Source: Planctomycetota bacterium (GTDB lineage Bacteria > Planctomycetota > PLA2 > JAEUHO01). From it: a stretch of DNA of 64,000 bases. Position 1 is the stretch's first letter; each line of letters starts with the position of its first letter. Below are positions 20,719 to 30,243 of this stretch, one piece after another. Both the position numbers and the translations under genes were made by a program. A model generated the notes under the pieces. It was not told where the DNA came from and did not search any database. It worked only from the letters and a program-made list of their open reading frames with translations. The DNA lies in contig CBDCWP010000039.1 of the NCBI GenBank assembly GCA_965223505.1, positions 209,854-273,853 of the forward strand, written 5' to 3'.

Positions 20719-22116
20719 AGGGTGTACCGTTCTTTCTGTAAATGGCTCCCCGGAGGAGAGGCGCTCGCTTCGCTTGAATCAGCTAGCTGATTCAAGCGAA
20801 GCGGGCGCGCCGCCATCTCCCGGGGCGAACTGAGTGGCGGATCAACGCCGTACCTTTGCAGGTAACGACACCACGCAAAGGAGGAACGACGTGACCCACC
20901 ACGAACAGCGTACGCCTTGGGGCGACGCACTGGAAGCGCTCAGCGAGAACGGGTTCGACGGCATGGCTGAGGCGATGCGGGTGCTGGTGAACGAGGCCAT
21001 GAAGGTCGAACGCAGTGCCTTCCTCGGCGCCGAGCCCCACGAACGCACGGATCAGCGCCGCGGCTACGCCAACGGCTTCAAGCGCAAGCGCGTCAGAACC
21101 CGCTTGGGCGAGATCGACGTCCAGGTGCCCCAGGTTCGCGACGTCGAGGGCGGCGACACGTTCTACCCCTCCAGCCTCGAACGCGGCCAGCGAAGCGAGA
21201 GAGCGCTCACGCTGGCCCTGGCGGAGATGTACGTCCAGGGCGTCTCGACGCGGCGTGTCGAGGCGATCACGAAGGTGCTTTGCAACGGCCTGGAGATCAG
21301 CTCCACGAGCGTGTCTCGAGCAGCTGCGCTGCTCGACGAGGAGCTCGAGCGCTGGCGCACACGTCCGCTCGGCGCGTTCAAGTACCTCGTACTCGACGCT
21401 CGCTACGAGAAGGTGCGCCACGGCGGATCGGTGCGCGACTGCGCTGTGCTGATCGCCATCGGCGTCGATTCTCACGGCAAGCGCAGCGTGCTGGGAACGA
21501 GCGTGAGCCTCTCGGAGGCCGAGGTCCATTGGCGCGAGTTCCTCGCTTCTCTCCAGGATCGCGGCCTTCACGGCGTCGAGCTCATCACCAGCGACGGCCA
21601 CAAGGGCATTGCGGCCGCGCTGGCGGCGCGGTTCGCCGGCGTGGCCTGGCAGCGCTGCCAGTTCCACCTGCAGCAGAACGCGCAGAGCTACGTTCCGCGC
21701 CAGAAGCTTCGACGCGACGTTGCCGCTGACCTTCGCGCCGCGTTCAATGCGACGTCGCGTCGCGAGGCCGAAGAGAAGCTCAAGGCCTTCGTGAAGAAGT
21801 GGGACAAGCCCGCGCCCGACCTGGCGCGCTGGGCCGAAGAGAACATTCCGCAGGGCTTCACCGTGTTCGATCTCGGCCTGAACGAAGCGCAGCGCAAGCG
21901 CCTTCGCACCACCAACAGCCTCGAGAACCTGAATCAGCAGATCCGCCGCCGCACTCGCGTCGCCGGATTGTTTCCGAACGAAGCGTCCTTGCTGCGGCTC
22001 GCAAGCGCGGTGCTCATCGAGATCAGCGAGGAATGGGAAACCGGACGGAGGTACTTGCCGAGGGACGACGCTTGATCAACCGCTCAGCGATTTACAGAAA
22101 GAACGTTGCTCTGCCC
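20719..22116 (+). mobile_element. Intact IS256-family insertion sequence (1398 bp) flanked by an 8-bp TSD, tcgtcgag.
   Basis: Termini are agggtgtaccgttctttctgtaaat... and ...atttacagaaagaacgttgctctgccc, imperfect IRs sharing a 15-nt core. The 8-bp direct repeat is at 20711-20718 and 22117-22124. Confidence 0.9.
20834..22075 (+). CDS. IS256-family (mutator-type) transposase, 413 aa.
   Basis: Family-typical motifs are present: GYANGFKRKRVRTRLGEI, VQGVSTRRVE, LVLDARYEKVR, AIGV, WQRCQFH. AAAGGAGGAAC SD lies upstream. Confidence 0.9.
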   Translation: MADQRRTFAGNDTTQRRNDVTHHEQRTPWGDALEALSENGFDGMAEAMRVLVNEAMKVERSAFLGAEPHERTDQRRGYANGFKRKRVRTRLGEIDVQVPQVRDVEGGDTFYPSSLERGQRSERALTLALAEMYVQGVSTRRVEAITKVLCNGLEISSTSVSRAAALLDEELERWRTRPLGAFKYLVLDARYEKVRHGGSVRDCAVLIAIGVDSHGKRSVLGTSVSLSEAEVHWREFLASLQDRGLHGVELITSDGHKGIAAALAARFAGVAWQRCQFHLQQNAQSYVPRQKLRRDVAADLRAAFNATSRREAEEKLKAFVKKWDKPAPDLARWAEENIPQGFTVFDLGLNEAQRKRLRTTNSLENLNQQIRRRTRVAGLFPNEASLLRLASAVLIEISEEWETGRRYLPRDDA

Positions 22117-23162
22117 TCGTCGAGCCGCTTCCTGGCCTCTCGCAGGTCAGCCCAGAGCCTCTCGGGGGCGCCCTCTCCGGCAGACCGAATCGCATCGTAG
22201 GCGGCGCAGACAGCCCTCTTGGCTTCGAGCACGGCCTGCGTGTCCGGTGTGCGCTGATCGTCTGGCGAGTACATGATCCCGAACGCGGCGAAGTTCGAGC
22301 GTGCCTGCGAGAGGGAGTAGGAACCATTGGGGCCGCCCCAGACCTCATCGGCACGGGGGTCGTCTTGCCCATCGTCTTCCCAATCGCACAGAGGGCAGAT
22401 TTCGTAGCCACCGCGCTCTGAAAGGGTCGGGTAGCCACAACAGGGGCAGGAGTACGTCACGCCTGGCTCCTCCGGCTTCATGACTCCTTCGTCGATACGC
22501 TGGCAGTACTGCGAGAACCAGTCAGTGCGGTCGGACATGATGACGAAGTTGTCGCCTTGGATGGTCCCCGGCTCCTCCCCTGATCCCTCGACCCTGCGAA
22601 AGTACGGCTTCGGATGCAGGGAAGTCGATCCCATGTTGTTGACCACGATGTACATCCCAAGTCGCTCGCCGAGGATGACGTAGGTCTCTCCTACGGTCAG
22701 CAGTACGGAGTCTCGCTCGCCGGGCTCAGCCGCCACGAGGACACCATTGCGATCAGCCATGAGCGCCTGGTCGCTTGTGCAGACAGCAGCGAAGGGATAG
22801 TCGCCACGATTGACGCGACGTTCTCCCGCCGATTCCCACCGCTTCCAGTACGTGAGGGCCTCGCCCTTGAGGTGAGCATGGAGGGGGTGGTCTGGCGCCG
22901 CGAGGTTCTCCAAGAAGCACGTGCAGGCTGCGTTGCTCAAGCGCTCGTCTTCACCGCCGACGATACGATTCAGAATCGGCCCCAGCGAACTCCAGGCGTC
23001 TTCGGCGACCTCGTGATCTCGCAAGAAGTGTGAGCAGGCGGCGAACACACCATGGACGGAGGTCTTGTCGAAGAGGTTCTCGGGCGACTGGACGTATTCT
23101 CGGAAGCCGGGCAGGACTCCATCAAGCACGTTGACCAGGCTCTCGGCGGTCTTCGAGTTCAT
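22092..23162 (-). CDS. Hypothetical protein of 356 aa with a CxxC...CxxC zinc-ribbon-like segment; its C-terminus is altered by the IS256 insertion.
   Basis: The N-terminal ~110 aa (SVHGVFAACSHF...AACTCFLENLA.P.HP) is shared with the gene at 24567-25195. CPCCGYPTLSERGGYEICPLCDWEDD is present. The last 9 codons and the stop come from the IS terminus. Confidence 0.6.
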   Translation of the reverse strand: MNSKTAESLVNVLDGVLPGFREYVQSPENLFDKTSVHGVFAACSHFLRDHEVAEDAWSSLGPILNRIVGGEDERLSNAACTCFLENLAAPDHPLHAHLKGEALTYWKRWESAGERRVNRGDYPFAAVCTSDQALMADRNGVLVAAEPGERDSVLLTVGETYVILGERLGMYIVVNNMGSTSLHPKPYFRRVEGSGEEPGTIQGDNFVIMSDRTDWFSQYCQRIDEGVMKPEEPGVTYSCPCCGYPTLSERGGYEICPLCDWEDDGQDDPRADEVWGGPNGSYSLSQARSNFAAFGIMYSPDDQRTPDTQAVLEAKRAVCAAYDAIRSAGEGAPERLWADLREARKRLDEGRATFFL

Positions 23163-23404
23163 CAGGAGTGACCATCGGGGCGTCGTTCGTCACGTCGGGG
23201 CTCCACCCGGAAGCGTGCATGCGTACAGCCCGCTTCACATGTGACGTAGATCGCCCCGGCCTCGGGCAAGCGCTCAACGGTGACGGGGTCGCCGCACCAA
23301 GGACACGATACTGCACCGGCTTCAGTGCGATCCGCCTCCAGAGCCGCATCAACCACCGACCTCAGGCGGCGTTGCCGGTCATCAGGACGGTCGGTGCTCA
23401 TGCT
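23162..23404 (-). CDS. Small zinc-ribbon protein of 80 aa.
   Basis: GGAGAG SD before the ATG at 23404. CPWCG...C..C motif. The stop overlaps the downstream start (TGATG). Confidence 0.45.
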   Translation of the reverse strand, partial: SMSTDRPDDRQRRLRSVVDAALEADRTEAGAVSCPWCGDPVTVERLPEAGAIYVTCEAGCTHARFRVEPRRDERRPDGHS

Positions 23405-23417
23405 CTCCAGACTCAAC

Positions 23418-24563
23418 TCAGAAGTGTGACAGCCCGCCCAGCAACTCCATCCGGACGGGCTCGAACTCTGGCACGCCGAAGAGCCCGGGAAACCCCGCAC
23501 ATTCCAGGATGGTCGTTCTCAAGTACTCGATCAGAGTCGGCGCTCCCTTGGGAGCCGACATCGGCACGGCGGCTCCAGCCCATCGAAACTCCCGCCAGAT
23601 CGGGTCCCAGTCTGCCCCGGGCCAGACACCATAGGCAGGGCCGCCGCTGATGTTGTCCTTGTGGTACCCGTCCGGTGAGAGGGACATCACAAAGCCGCCG
23701 TGGCCTTCGGGGATTCCCGTCGGCTCGGGGTTCTCTGCCATCCAGTCGCGATGCTCTCGGAAGTCCTCACGGACCATGTCGATCCACTCCTCCGAGATGC
23801 CGTCAATGTGCAGCGCGTCAGAGAACCCGTTCGGCCCCTCGATGCGACGGTCTTCCCAGAACCTGCAATGCGTGTAGCCGTCCCCGTTCCCAGAGAACTC
23901 GACGAACGAGATACTCCCGACGATCCGCCAGAAGGCTGCGAGTGCGGGAGGAACCAACGCCGTCTCTGGCTCGATGAACTCCCGGATCGCGTCCTCCAGC
24001 GAGGCGATGAGAGCATCCACGTCCTGAGGTGGATCGATGACGACCGCTCTGGGATAGCCTAGGTCTGTGAGACGCCGAGCGAGTTCGATTGCCGTGGTGC
24101 GGCACCGCTTGAACAGATCCGGGGCGTTCTTCAAGGCATGTTCGGCGAGCGCGCCCCCCGCGAGAAGGTCCTCACGGAACCGTACCGAAGACTCGCGGAT
24201 GTGCTCGGGGTTGGGGTGATTGCCCGAGTGCCAGTAACCGTCCTCCGCGAGGCGCTCAACGATCTCCCGGGCTCCTCTGGCGTACCAGCGGTAGTCAGGC
24301 GAGTCGTTGGCGACGTACCGGATGGCCTCGCAGCCGTACATCGTACCGAGCCGCCCGTTGGCCTCGTGGATCGCCTCAACGATGACTGACTTCAACCTGC
24401 CGATGTCGAAGGTGCCGTGATCGCAGCCTCCGATCGGATCAAGACGTACAACCTCGGGGTCTGCCTCGGGCGTGTCGTTGATACGGAGACTGACCAAGGC
24501 GTGTCCAGGTCCCCAGATGTAGGCGACTTGGTACCAGCCGTCGAGAAGGGAGAACGAGGGCAT
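23418..24563 (-). CDS. Hypothetical protein of 381 aa.
   Basis: Long ORF with balanced composition. It sits in a tight operon, with a 3-nt gap to the upstream gene. Confidence 0.6.
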   Translation of the reverse strand: MPSFSLLDGWYQVAYIWGPGHALVSLRINDTPEADPEVVRLDPIGGCDHGTFDIGRLKSVIVEAIHEANGRLGTMYGCEAIRYVANDSPDYRWYARGAREIVERLAEDGYWHSGNHPNPEHIRESSVRFREDLLAGGALAEHALKNAPDLFKRCRTTAIELARRLTDLGYPRAVVIDPPQDVDALIASLEDAIREFIEPETALVPPALAAFWRIVGSISFVEFSGNGDGYTHCRFWEDRRIEGPNGFSDALHIDGISEEWIDMVREDFREHRDWMAENPEPTGIPEGHGGFVMSLSPDGYHKDNISGGPAYGVWPGADWDPIWREFRWAGAAVPMSAPKGAPTLIEYLRTTILECAGFPGLFGVPEFEPVRMELLGGLSHF

Positions 24564-24566
24564 CCG

Positions 24567-25195
24567 TCAGCCCCTCCGCTTTCGATCTTGCGCTTGACGC
24601 CCGTCCGGATGAGTCCAGAACTCACGACAAGACGGAGGCCAGTCCGGGTCTTCCCGATCGTGGATGGCGCACACCGGGCAGCCTTCCATGACCTGCCGCA
24701 CTAGGGCAACTTCATCGGGGCTCGTAGGCTGCTTGTATACGATGGCAGTCAGAGTGGCCGCCTGAAGGGCAAAGAAAGCGGGCGCATCGTCAACACAGCA
24801 CTCGTGCGTCAGGCACGCTTCCGGGTCTACGTAGAATCGACCCTCGGCAGCGGGCGCCATCGTGACCTTTGGATCTGCTTGCGACCGCCAGAAGTCCAAA
24901 GCACTTCCTCGAAGGTGGACCAGTATCGGATGGCCCGGCTGAGCCAGGTTCTCCAAGAAGCAGGTGCAGGCTGCTTCGTCCAACTCCCCGTCCTGTCCTC
25001 CAATCATCTCATTCAGCACTTCCGCGAGCGCCTTCCACCCCTCAGGCTGTACCTCCTTCTCCCGGACGAAGTGAGAGCAAGCGGCAAACACCCCGTGGAC
25101 CGAGTCCGAGTCGAACGGGTTGTCGGTCGAGCGGACGTACGCCTGGAAGCCCTGCAGCACGGCATCGAGACGGGCGGTGAGGTCATCGGGTGTCA
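24567..25195 (-). CDS. Hypothetical protein of 209 aa sharing its N-terminal domain with the gene at 22092-23162.
   Basis: ATG at 25195 (MTPDDLTARLDAVLQGF...). Conserved block DSVHGVFAACSHFVREKEV...LNEMIGGQDGELDEAACTCFLENLAQPGHP. Confidence 0.55.
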
Positions 25196-25374
25196 TGATC
25201 GAGTTCGACGCCAGCCTATCCGGACCGCCTGCGCCCCGCCCGGCGACCCGAAGTAGGCGGGGGCTGGCGGGTGCGCTCGTATCTATCGACTTCCCTACCC
25301 CTCCGATCCATGATCTGGAACATGCTCTGCGAGGGCCCAGGACCGCACCGCCAGAGCACACGGAGACAGGGACG

Positions 25375-25590
25375 GTGACCAACGATGTGAAACGGGCCAT
25401 CTTGCAGGTGCTGCGCGAGAGCGGGCCAATCGGCTGGTACGGCATCGAACTTAGGCTGCGGGTTCCACGGTCTGCGTTCGGTGACGGATACACCCTGATG
25501 ACCTACGTTGAGGAGTTGATCGCGGCCGGATCTGTCGCGCGCGTCACCGTCGATGGCGAGGAGCGCTTCGTGGCCGCCGACCAACGCTAG
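25375..25590 (+). CDS. Small hypothetical protein of 71 aa, possibly winged-helix-like.
   Basis: GTG start after GGAGACAGGGA. Product: ...AILQVLRESGPIGWYGIELRL... Confidence 0.35.
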   Translation: MTNDVKRAILQVLRESGPIGWYGIELRLRVPRSAFGDGYTLMTYVEELIAAGSVARVTVDGEERFVAADQR

Positions 25591-25712
25591 TCTGCTGCGG
25601 GGTCCGGAGCCGCGAAAGGTCCTTTCACGCTCCAAACTGCGAGGCGCCAATCTGCAACAAGATTTCCCGGCTCGGTACGCCGTGAGGTGGCGACGGCACG
25701 GGCACGGATAGG

Positions 25713-26081
25713 TCACTCTGGCTGTCCCTCCGCCATGAGGGTCTCTACGGATTCTCTGACACGCGGCGGCTCGATGTCATAGCCGCGCGCTCGGGCGCCG
25801 CTCCAATTGACCCCGACCTTCATGCCATCTTCGTTTAGCCCCGGCACCCTCCGATCGCAGAACTCCTGCCACGAAACCTCATACGGCTGGAAGCCTGAAT
25901 AGGCGGGGACCGTGTCGATGATGCTCTCCACGCGCGAGCGTGAAGACCAGAAGGGCTGGGCGCGCGTGCCGTCAGAGGTCCGAGGCGCCGGGAATCCACG
26001 CTCGTCCTTCAAGGTCCACAGCACCCGTGTGCGAGCGACTTCGCGGTAGAACGCCCATGCCTGAGAACCTGCTTGGCTCAT
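25713..26081 (-). CDS. DUF2750-like small protein of 122 aa (family assignment from memory).
   Basis: Motifs AFYREVA...LWTL.DE.G.PAP....G..A.PFWSSRSR...I......YSGF.P.E.SW..F match my recollection of DUF2750. The start overlaps the upstream stop (ATGA). Confidence 0.5.
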   Translation of the reverse strand: MSQAGSQAWAFYREVARTRVLWTLKDERGFPAPRTSDGTRAQPFWSSRSRVESIIDTVPAYSGFQPYEVSWQEFCDRRVPGLNEDGMKVGVNWSGARARGYDIEPPRVRESVETLMAEGQPE

Positions 26082-26374
26082 GGCCCACTCGACCCCGGCT
26101 CAGTTGCGTGCAGGTACTTGCCATCGACTTCGCCGCCCTTGTACGGGCCGTCACCGGACCCGTCATCGGTGGGCTCGTCAAACCACACCCAGTAGGTGAG
26201 GCTCACCCCCTTGGGCGTGACGAGTGTCCGAGGCTGGCCCTCCTCCCACTGTTCACCGGTGAGATTCCTGACCTCCTTGGGCCAATTGGCGACCGTGCCA
26301 GTAGTGCCGTCGGGCCACTCGGCGTGCCCGTGGATCGAGACCTTGGTTCCCGGGGGATGGACGTGATTGCTCAT
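26078..26374 (-). CDS. Hypothetical protein of 98 aa.
   Basis: ATG at 26374 overlaps the stop of the upstream membrane-protein gene. Composition is Trp/Gly-rich (…TYWVWFDEPTDDGSGDG…). Confidence 0.45.
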   Translation of the reverse strand: MSNHVHPPGTKVSIHGHAEWPDGTTGTVANWPKEVRNLTGEQWEEGQPRTLVTPKGVSLTYWVWFDEPTDDGSGDGPYKGGEVDGKYLHATEPGSSGP

Positions 26375-26655
26375 GCGAACCCGCCGTAGTCCGGCCTCGA
26401 CCAAGCCGATGACCCGTACTGTTCGCAAGGTCGAAGCCGGTTCTTGACCATCGCTGCCCAACGGGGAGCCTCCCAGAGCACCCAGGAGATCAGGAACCAG
26501 AGCGGTACGGCGGCGAGCCAGGGCCACACGGATTCCGGACCGACCAGCGCAACGGCGGTGCCGGTCATGGCTGCGGCTGCCCCGAACAGGACGAGCGGCA
26601 TCGGCGTGGAGGACACTCCCCTGACAGCACCGCACTCCCGGCATCGAGACTGCAT
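26371..26655 (-). CDS. Small membrane protein of 94 aa with 2 TM helices.
   Basis: Hydrophobic segments PLVLFGAAAAMTGTAVALVG and LAAVPLWFLISWVLW. It is first in a three-gene coupled operon. Confidence 0.4.
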   Translation of the reverse strand: MQSRCRECGAVRGVSSTPMPLVLFGAAAAMTGTAVALVGPESVWPWLAAVPLWFLISWVLWEAPRWAAMVKNRLRPCEQYGSSAWSRPDYGGFA

Positions 26656-26723
26656 GCATCCAGGGTACCCAGGCTGGCCTCCACGTGCGCCGTCGCGGCT
26701 CGTATCAACCGAAGCGCCATGCC

Positions 26724-26936
26724 ATGCTTGGGGCCATGAAGATCCACCGTCACGCTCCCAATGTGTATGTCATCTCGTCGTCCGAGCCCCAGGAGGTGAA
26801 GCAGTTCTTCGAGTCGCTCGGGCTCGTGTTTCAGGCTGAGAAGCATGGTGATGGACCTGAACATGTCGCGTGCGAGCGCAACGGTGTAGTCCTCGAAATC
26901 TACCCACTCGCCGCGCCGGAGAAGTCGCCGGAGTAG
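26724..26936 (+). CDS. Short VOC/glyoxalase-like fragment protein.
   Basis: …HAPNVYVISSSEPQEVKQFFESLGLVFQAEKHGDGPEHVA.E.NGVVLEIYPL resembles half of a VOC fold. There is no clear SD. Confidence 0.3.
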   Translation: MLGAMKIHRHAPNVYVISSSEPQEVKQFFESLGLVFQAEKHGDGPEHVACERNGVVLEIYPLAAPEKSPE

Positions 26937-26937
26937 T

Positions 26938-27537
26938 CTACGGCCACTCGACGAGTCGCTCGGACGGGCCCTCAAGTTCGAGCCACAACCCAGGATGTGA
27001 CTCGCCTGGATCACACCGGACGACACAATCGAGTTCCGCCGCAGCCGAACGAGCACAGTCTGCGTCCGTGTCCCACGGACGATGCACCGTGTTGAACCAA
27101 ACGCTCAGCCAGGGACCATCTTCGATCTTGGGTGTGAGGATGATTGCGCCTGTTGAAGGGTAGAGCGCGACCGCTCCGTCGATGTCCTTGGGGCCATCGA
27201 GGGCTCCGGTGGCGGAGGACTTCACCCACTTGATGGCTCGTTCGATCGCGCAGTTACGCAGGTAGACCTCAACGTCATCCTGCCGTGCGGGATGCTCTGT
27301 CGTCTCGGCCCTGGGAGACTCCTGCTCTGGGGGCAAGACCTCCAAGTCAGCCCTCTGCACGATCTGCTCAACGTAGAGACCGTGCTCGGATCCGTCAGGC
27401 TTGTGAAACTCGACCTCGACGTGCTGCGGGTCATCGTCGAAAAGGTCCAGCACCCGTCCCACAGCGCCACGACGCAATCCCGCCTCAGGCATGTCCACAC
27501 GCAGTCGCACAGGCTGGAAGAGTTGCACGATTGCCAT
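26938..27537 (-). CDS. Protein with an N-terminal DUF4926-like domain.
   Basis: …RLRVDMPEAGLRRGAVGRVLDLFDDDPQHVEVEFHKPDGSEHGLY… fits the DUF4926 pattern (DLPE.GL..G.VGTVV.VY.DG...EVEF) as I recall it. Confidence 0.5.
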   Translation of the reverse strand: MAIVQLFQPVRLRVDMPEAGLRRGAVGRVLDLFDDDPQHVEVEFHKPDGSEHGLYVEQIVQRADLEVLPPEQESPRAETTEHPARQDDVEVYLRNCAIERAIKWVKSSATGALDGPKDIDGAVALYPSTGAIILTPKIEDGPWLSVWFNTVHRPWDTDADCARSAAAELDCVVRCDPGESHPGLWLELEGPSERLVEWP

Positions 27538-27786
27538 CTTCGGAGAAGCGGCCAGCGCCCGCCAGCGCGAAGGGGCTCGGAGCAACCTCCGTGAATCGTC
27601 GGCATCGATCGCGTGGCCGCGTCCATGTACCTACCACGCTTCCTATCCAGAACGGTGCCCGCCGGATGCACACGGCTGCCGCTCGTTTCCGGTCCGGCCC
27701 GTGGGCGCTCGGAGACCCGATCTCCCCGAAACGGCCCGCAGACATGGAGAGAGCCCGGAAGAACGGTGTCTCCCGGGCTCTCAAGA

Positions 27787-27828
<42 letters not shown>

Positions 27829-28079
27829 CTCCACGGTCTGATCCCTACGCGCCTGTCTCGCTAGACAGTGGATGCTATCACCCTCCGATTGGGCACCACC
27901 ACCACCTCCCGCCGCCGCGCCCTCCAACGAGGACAACGGTGAATTGGAGAGGGTAGGCCGAGCCCCAGACAACGAACCCGGCGCTAGTTCCTGAGGCTTC
28001 GAGCCGCTGTCCGGCCTGCCGCCTAGACTCCGCTACCGCGCCCACCCTTCCCGGTGCTCGCGCCACCTGGAGGGCCAAA

Positions 28080-28895
28080 GTGGCGCCTACACAGTTCCCG
28101 ACCGCCGAGCTTCAGGGGATCGCCAATGCGATGCAGGAGTTCGAGGCTGGCGCTTCCGTTGCAAACACCGGCACGGGCAGCCGCCGCGAGGGGAACCAGT
28201 TTGAGAAACTCGTCGGTGAGCTTTGGACCGAAGCGGCCACCTACCTCATCGCCAAGGGCGCCACGCCAACCAACGTCACGGGGCCGAAGGGCCACCGCTG
28301 GACGAAGCTGGAGTACGAGAGCAGGACGCTCTACCTCCCATCAGTCGATGCGATCCCAATGGTCTCCAACCTGACGGAAGAGCGCTGGCTGGGCCTCACC
28401 TATATGGTCAGCGATCTCATCGCAGCCTTCCCGGGGGAGGCCGAGGCCATCGAGCGATACGGTCCCGACATAGGCCCCTTCCAAGGCGAGGACTACCCCA
28501 AGATGTACGGCAAACGGTCAACGAGGTTTGACGACGCCATCGTCTTGGAAGATGACGGAGTGCTCAAGGAGAAGATCCTCCTTGAATACAAGACGGCCAA
28601 GAGCACAAGCAAGCGAGCCATCGACGGCAACGCGCACGAACGCCTCTCATTCCAGGTCCTTCAATACCTCGAAATCGCTACGCGCTACACTTGCTGCACG
28701 ATGGCGGTGCTCGCCAATGCAGCCTTCGTCAAGTACCTCAACAAGTACCACGTCAGCTTCCACGTCCAGGCAGATCGGCTAGCCAACTTCAAGTGGTTCA
28801 CGATGCAGCATGCCTGCACCGCGTTGGAATACGCGGGATTCGTCAACGGCCTCTTTGACTGGTTGCTCACGGGACGCGAAAGGGAGACCAAGTAG
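28080..28895 (+). CDS. Putative Type II restriction endonuclease with a PD-(D/E)xK-like motif.
   Basis: GTG start after GGAGGG. The motif …RFDDAIVLEDDGVLKEKILLEYKTAK… is present. The stop is 1 nt from the start of the downstream Dam-like MTase. Confidence 0.45.
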   Translation: MAPTQFPTAELQGIANAMQEFEAGASVANTGTGSRREGNQFEKLVGELWTEAATYLIAKGATPTNVTGPKGHRWTKLEYESRTLYLPSVDAIPMVSNLTEERWLGLTYMVSDLIAAFPGEAEAIERYGPDIGPFQGEDYPKMYGKRSTRFDDAIVLEDDGVLKEKILLEYKTAKSTSKRAIDGNAHERLSFQVLQYLEIATRYTCCTMAVLANAAFVKYLNKYHVSFHVQADRLANFKWFTMQHACTALEYAGFVNGLFDWLLTGRERETK

Positions 28896-28896
28896 A

Positions 28897-30075
28897 GTGC
28901 CCGTCAAGTACATCGGTTCCAAGCGCAAGCTCATCCCCGTCATCCTTCAAACAATCCGCGAGCTAGGTAGAGACTGCACGGTCCTCGATCTCTTCTCCGG
29001 CACGGCGCGCGTCGGCCACGCCCTCAAACGCGAGGGCTACCGCGTCATCTCCAACGACTATCTTGCCAGCGGGAAGACCATTGCCGAGTGCTACGTCCAG
29101 GCGGATGCGGAAGACTGGCTGCGCCAAGCGGAGATGCTCGTCAACGAGTTCAACGCCATCAAGGGGGAGCCGGGCTACTTCACCGACACCTTCTGCGTGC
29201 AGAGCCGCTACTTCCAGCCCAAGAACGGTGAGCGCGTCGATGCCATCCGCGAAGAGATTGAGCGCAAGGACTTGGAGCCCGAGCTGAAGGCCATCATGCT
29301 CGTTTCACTCATGGAGGCGGCCGACCGCATCGACTCCACCACGGGCGTCCAGATGGCGTACCTCAAGAAGTGGGCCGCCCGCGCCCACAACGATCTGGAA
29401 CTCCGAGTGCCGGACATCCTCCCGCGCGCCCGAGGCGGCAAAGGCGAGGCGCACCAGACTGACGCCCACACTGGCGCCGGGAACTTTGAAGCCGACATTG
29501 CGTATCTCGATCCGCCGTACAACCAGCACAGCTATCTGGGCAACTACCACATCTGGGAGTCGCTCGTCATGTGGGACAAGCCAGAGTTCTACGGCATCGC
29601 CTGCAAGCGGATGGACTGCCGGGAGCGAAAGAGCGCGTTCAACTTCAAGCGGAAGTTCTACGAGGCATGGAGCAGGGTTGTCCGCGAGGTGAAGGCGAAG
29701 CACCTTGTTATCTCGTTCAACAACGAGGGCTACATCAAGCGCGAAGCGATGGAGAGGCTCCTCTCCCGTCGCGGCGAAGTCTTGGTCATCGAGAACGACT
29801 ACAAGCGCTACGTCGGTGCGCAAATCGGCATCCACAACCTCAAGGGCGAGCGCGTTGGCGAGGTGAGCCACCTTCGCAACAAGGAGTACATCTACGTCGT
29901 CAGCCCCGAGCGCGCCATCAGGGAGACGGAAGCGCAGACTAACGGGACGCCCGTGCCGGACGCGACCCCTGAGCCCGACCCGAAGCCGAAACCCTCCCGC
30001 GTCTGCGAACACCTGCCCGAGCGCAAGCCCACCGGGCTCCCGGTCAAAGGGAAGCAGCTAGACCTGTTTTCGTAG
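28897..30075 (+). CDS. N6-adenine DNA methyltransferase, Dam-like D12 class.
   Basis: N-terminal KYIGSKRKL and catalytic DPPY motifs are present. AGGGAG SD precedes the GTG. Confidence 0.8.
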   Translation: MPVKYIGSKRKLIPVILQTIRELGRDCTVLDLFSGTARVGHALKREGYRVISNDYLASGKTIAECYVQADAEDWLRQAEMLVNEFNAIKGEPGYFTDTFCVQSRYFQPKNGERVDAIREEIERKDLEPELKAIMLVSLMEAADRIDSTTGVQMAYLKKWAARAHNDLELRVPDILPRARGGKGEAHQTDAHTGAGNFEADIAYLDPPYNQHSYLGNYHIWESLVMWDKPEFYGIACKRMDCRERKSAFNFKRKFYEAWSRVVREVKAKHLVISFNNEGYIKREAMERLLSRRGEVLVIENDYKRYVGAQIGIHNLKGERVGEVSHLRNKEYIYVVSPERAIRETEAQTNGTPVPDATPEPDPKPKPSRVCEHLPERKPTGLPVKGKQLDLFS

Positions 30076-30243
30076 CAGGCTCGCCATTCCGCCCGAAGAG
30101 GTCGAAGACGCATCGGAAGTGCAAGTGCTCAGCGCGGGTCTGGGCCATGCTGTTTCCCCGCGCAACCTGGATAGGTGCAAGCGAGGCATCATATACCAGC
30201 GAGCAGAGTGGCCCGTGGGGCCAAGCGATTGCAAGGCATTGGC

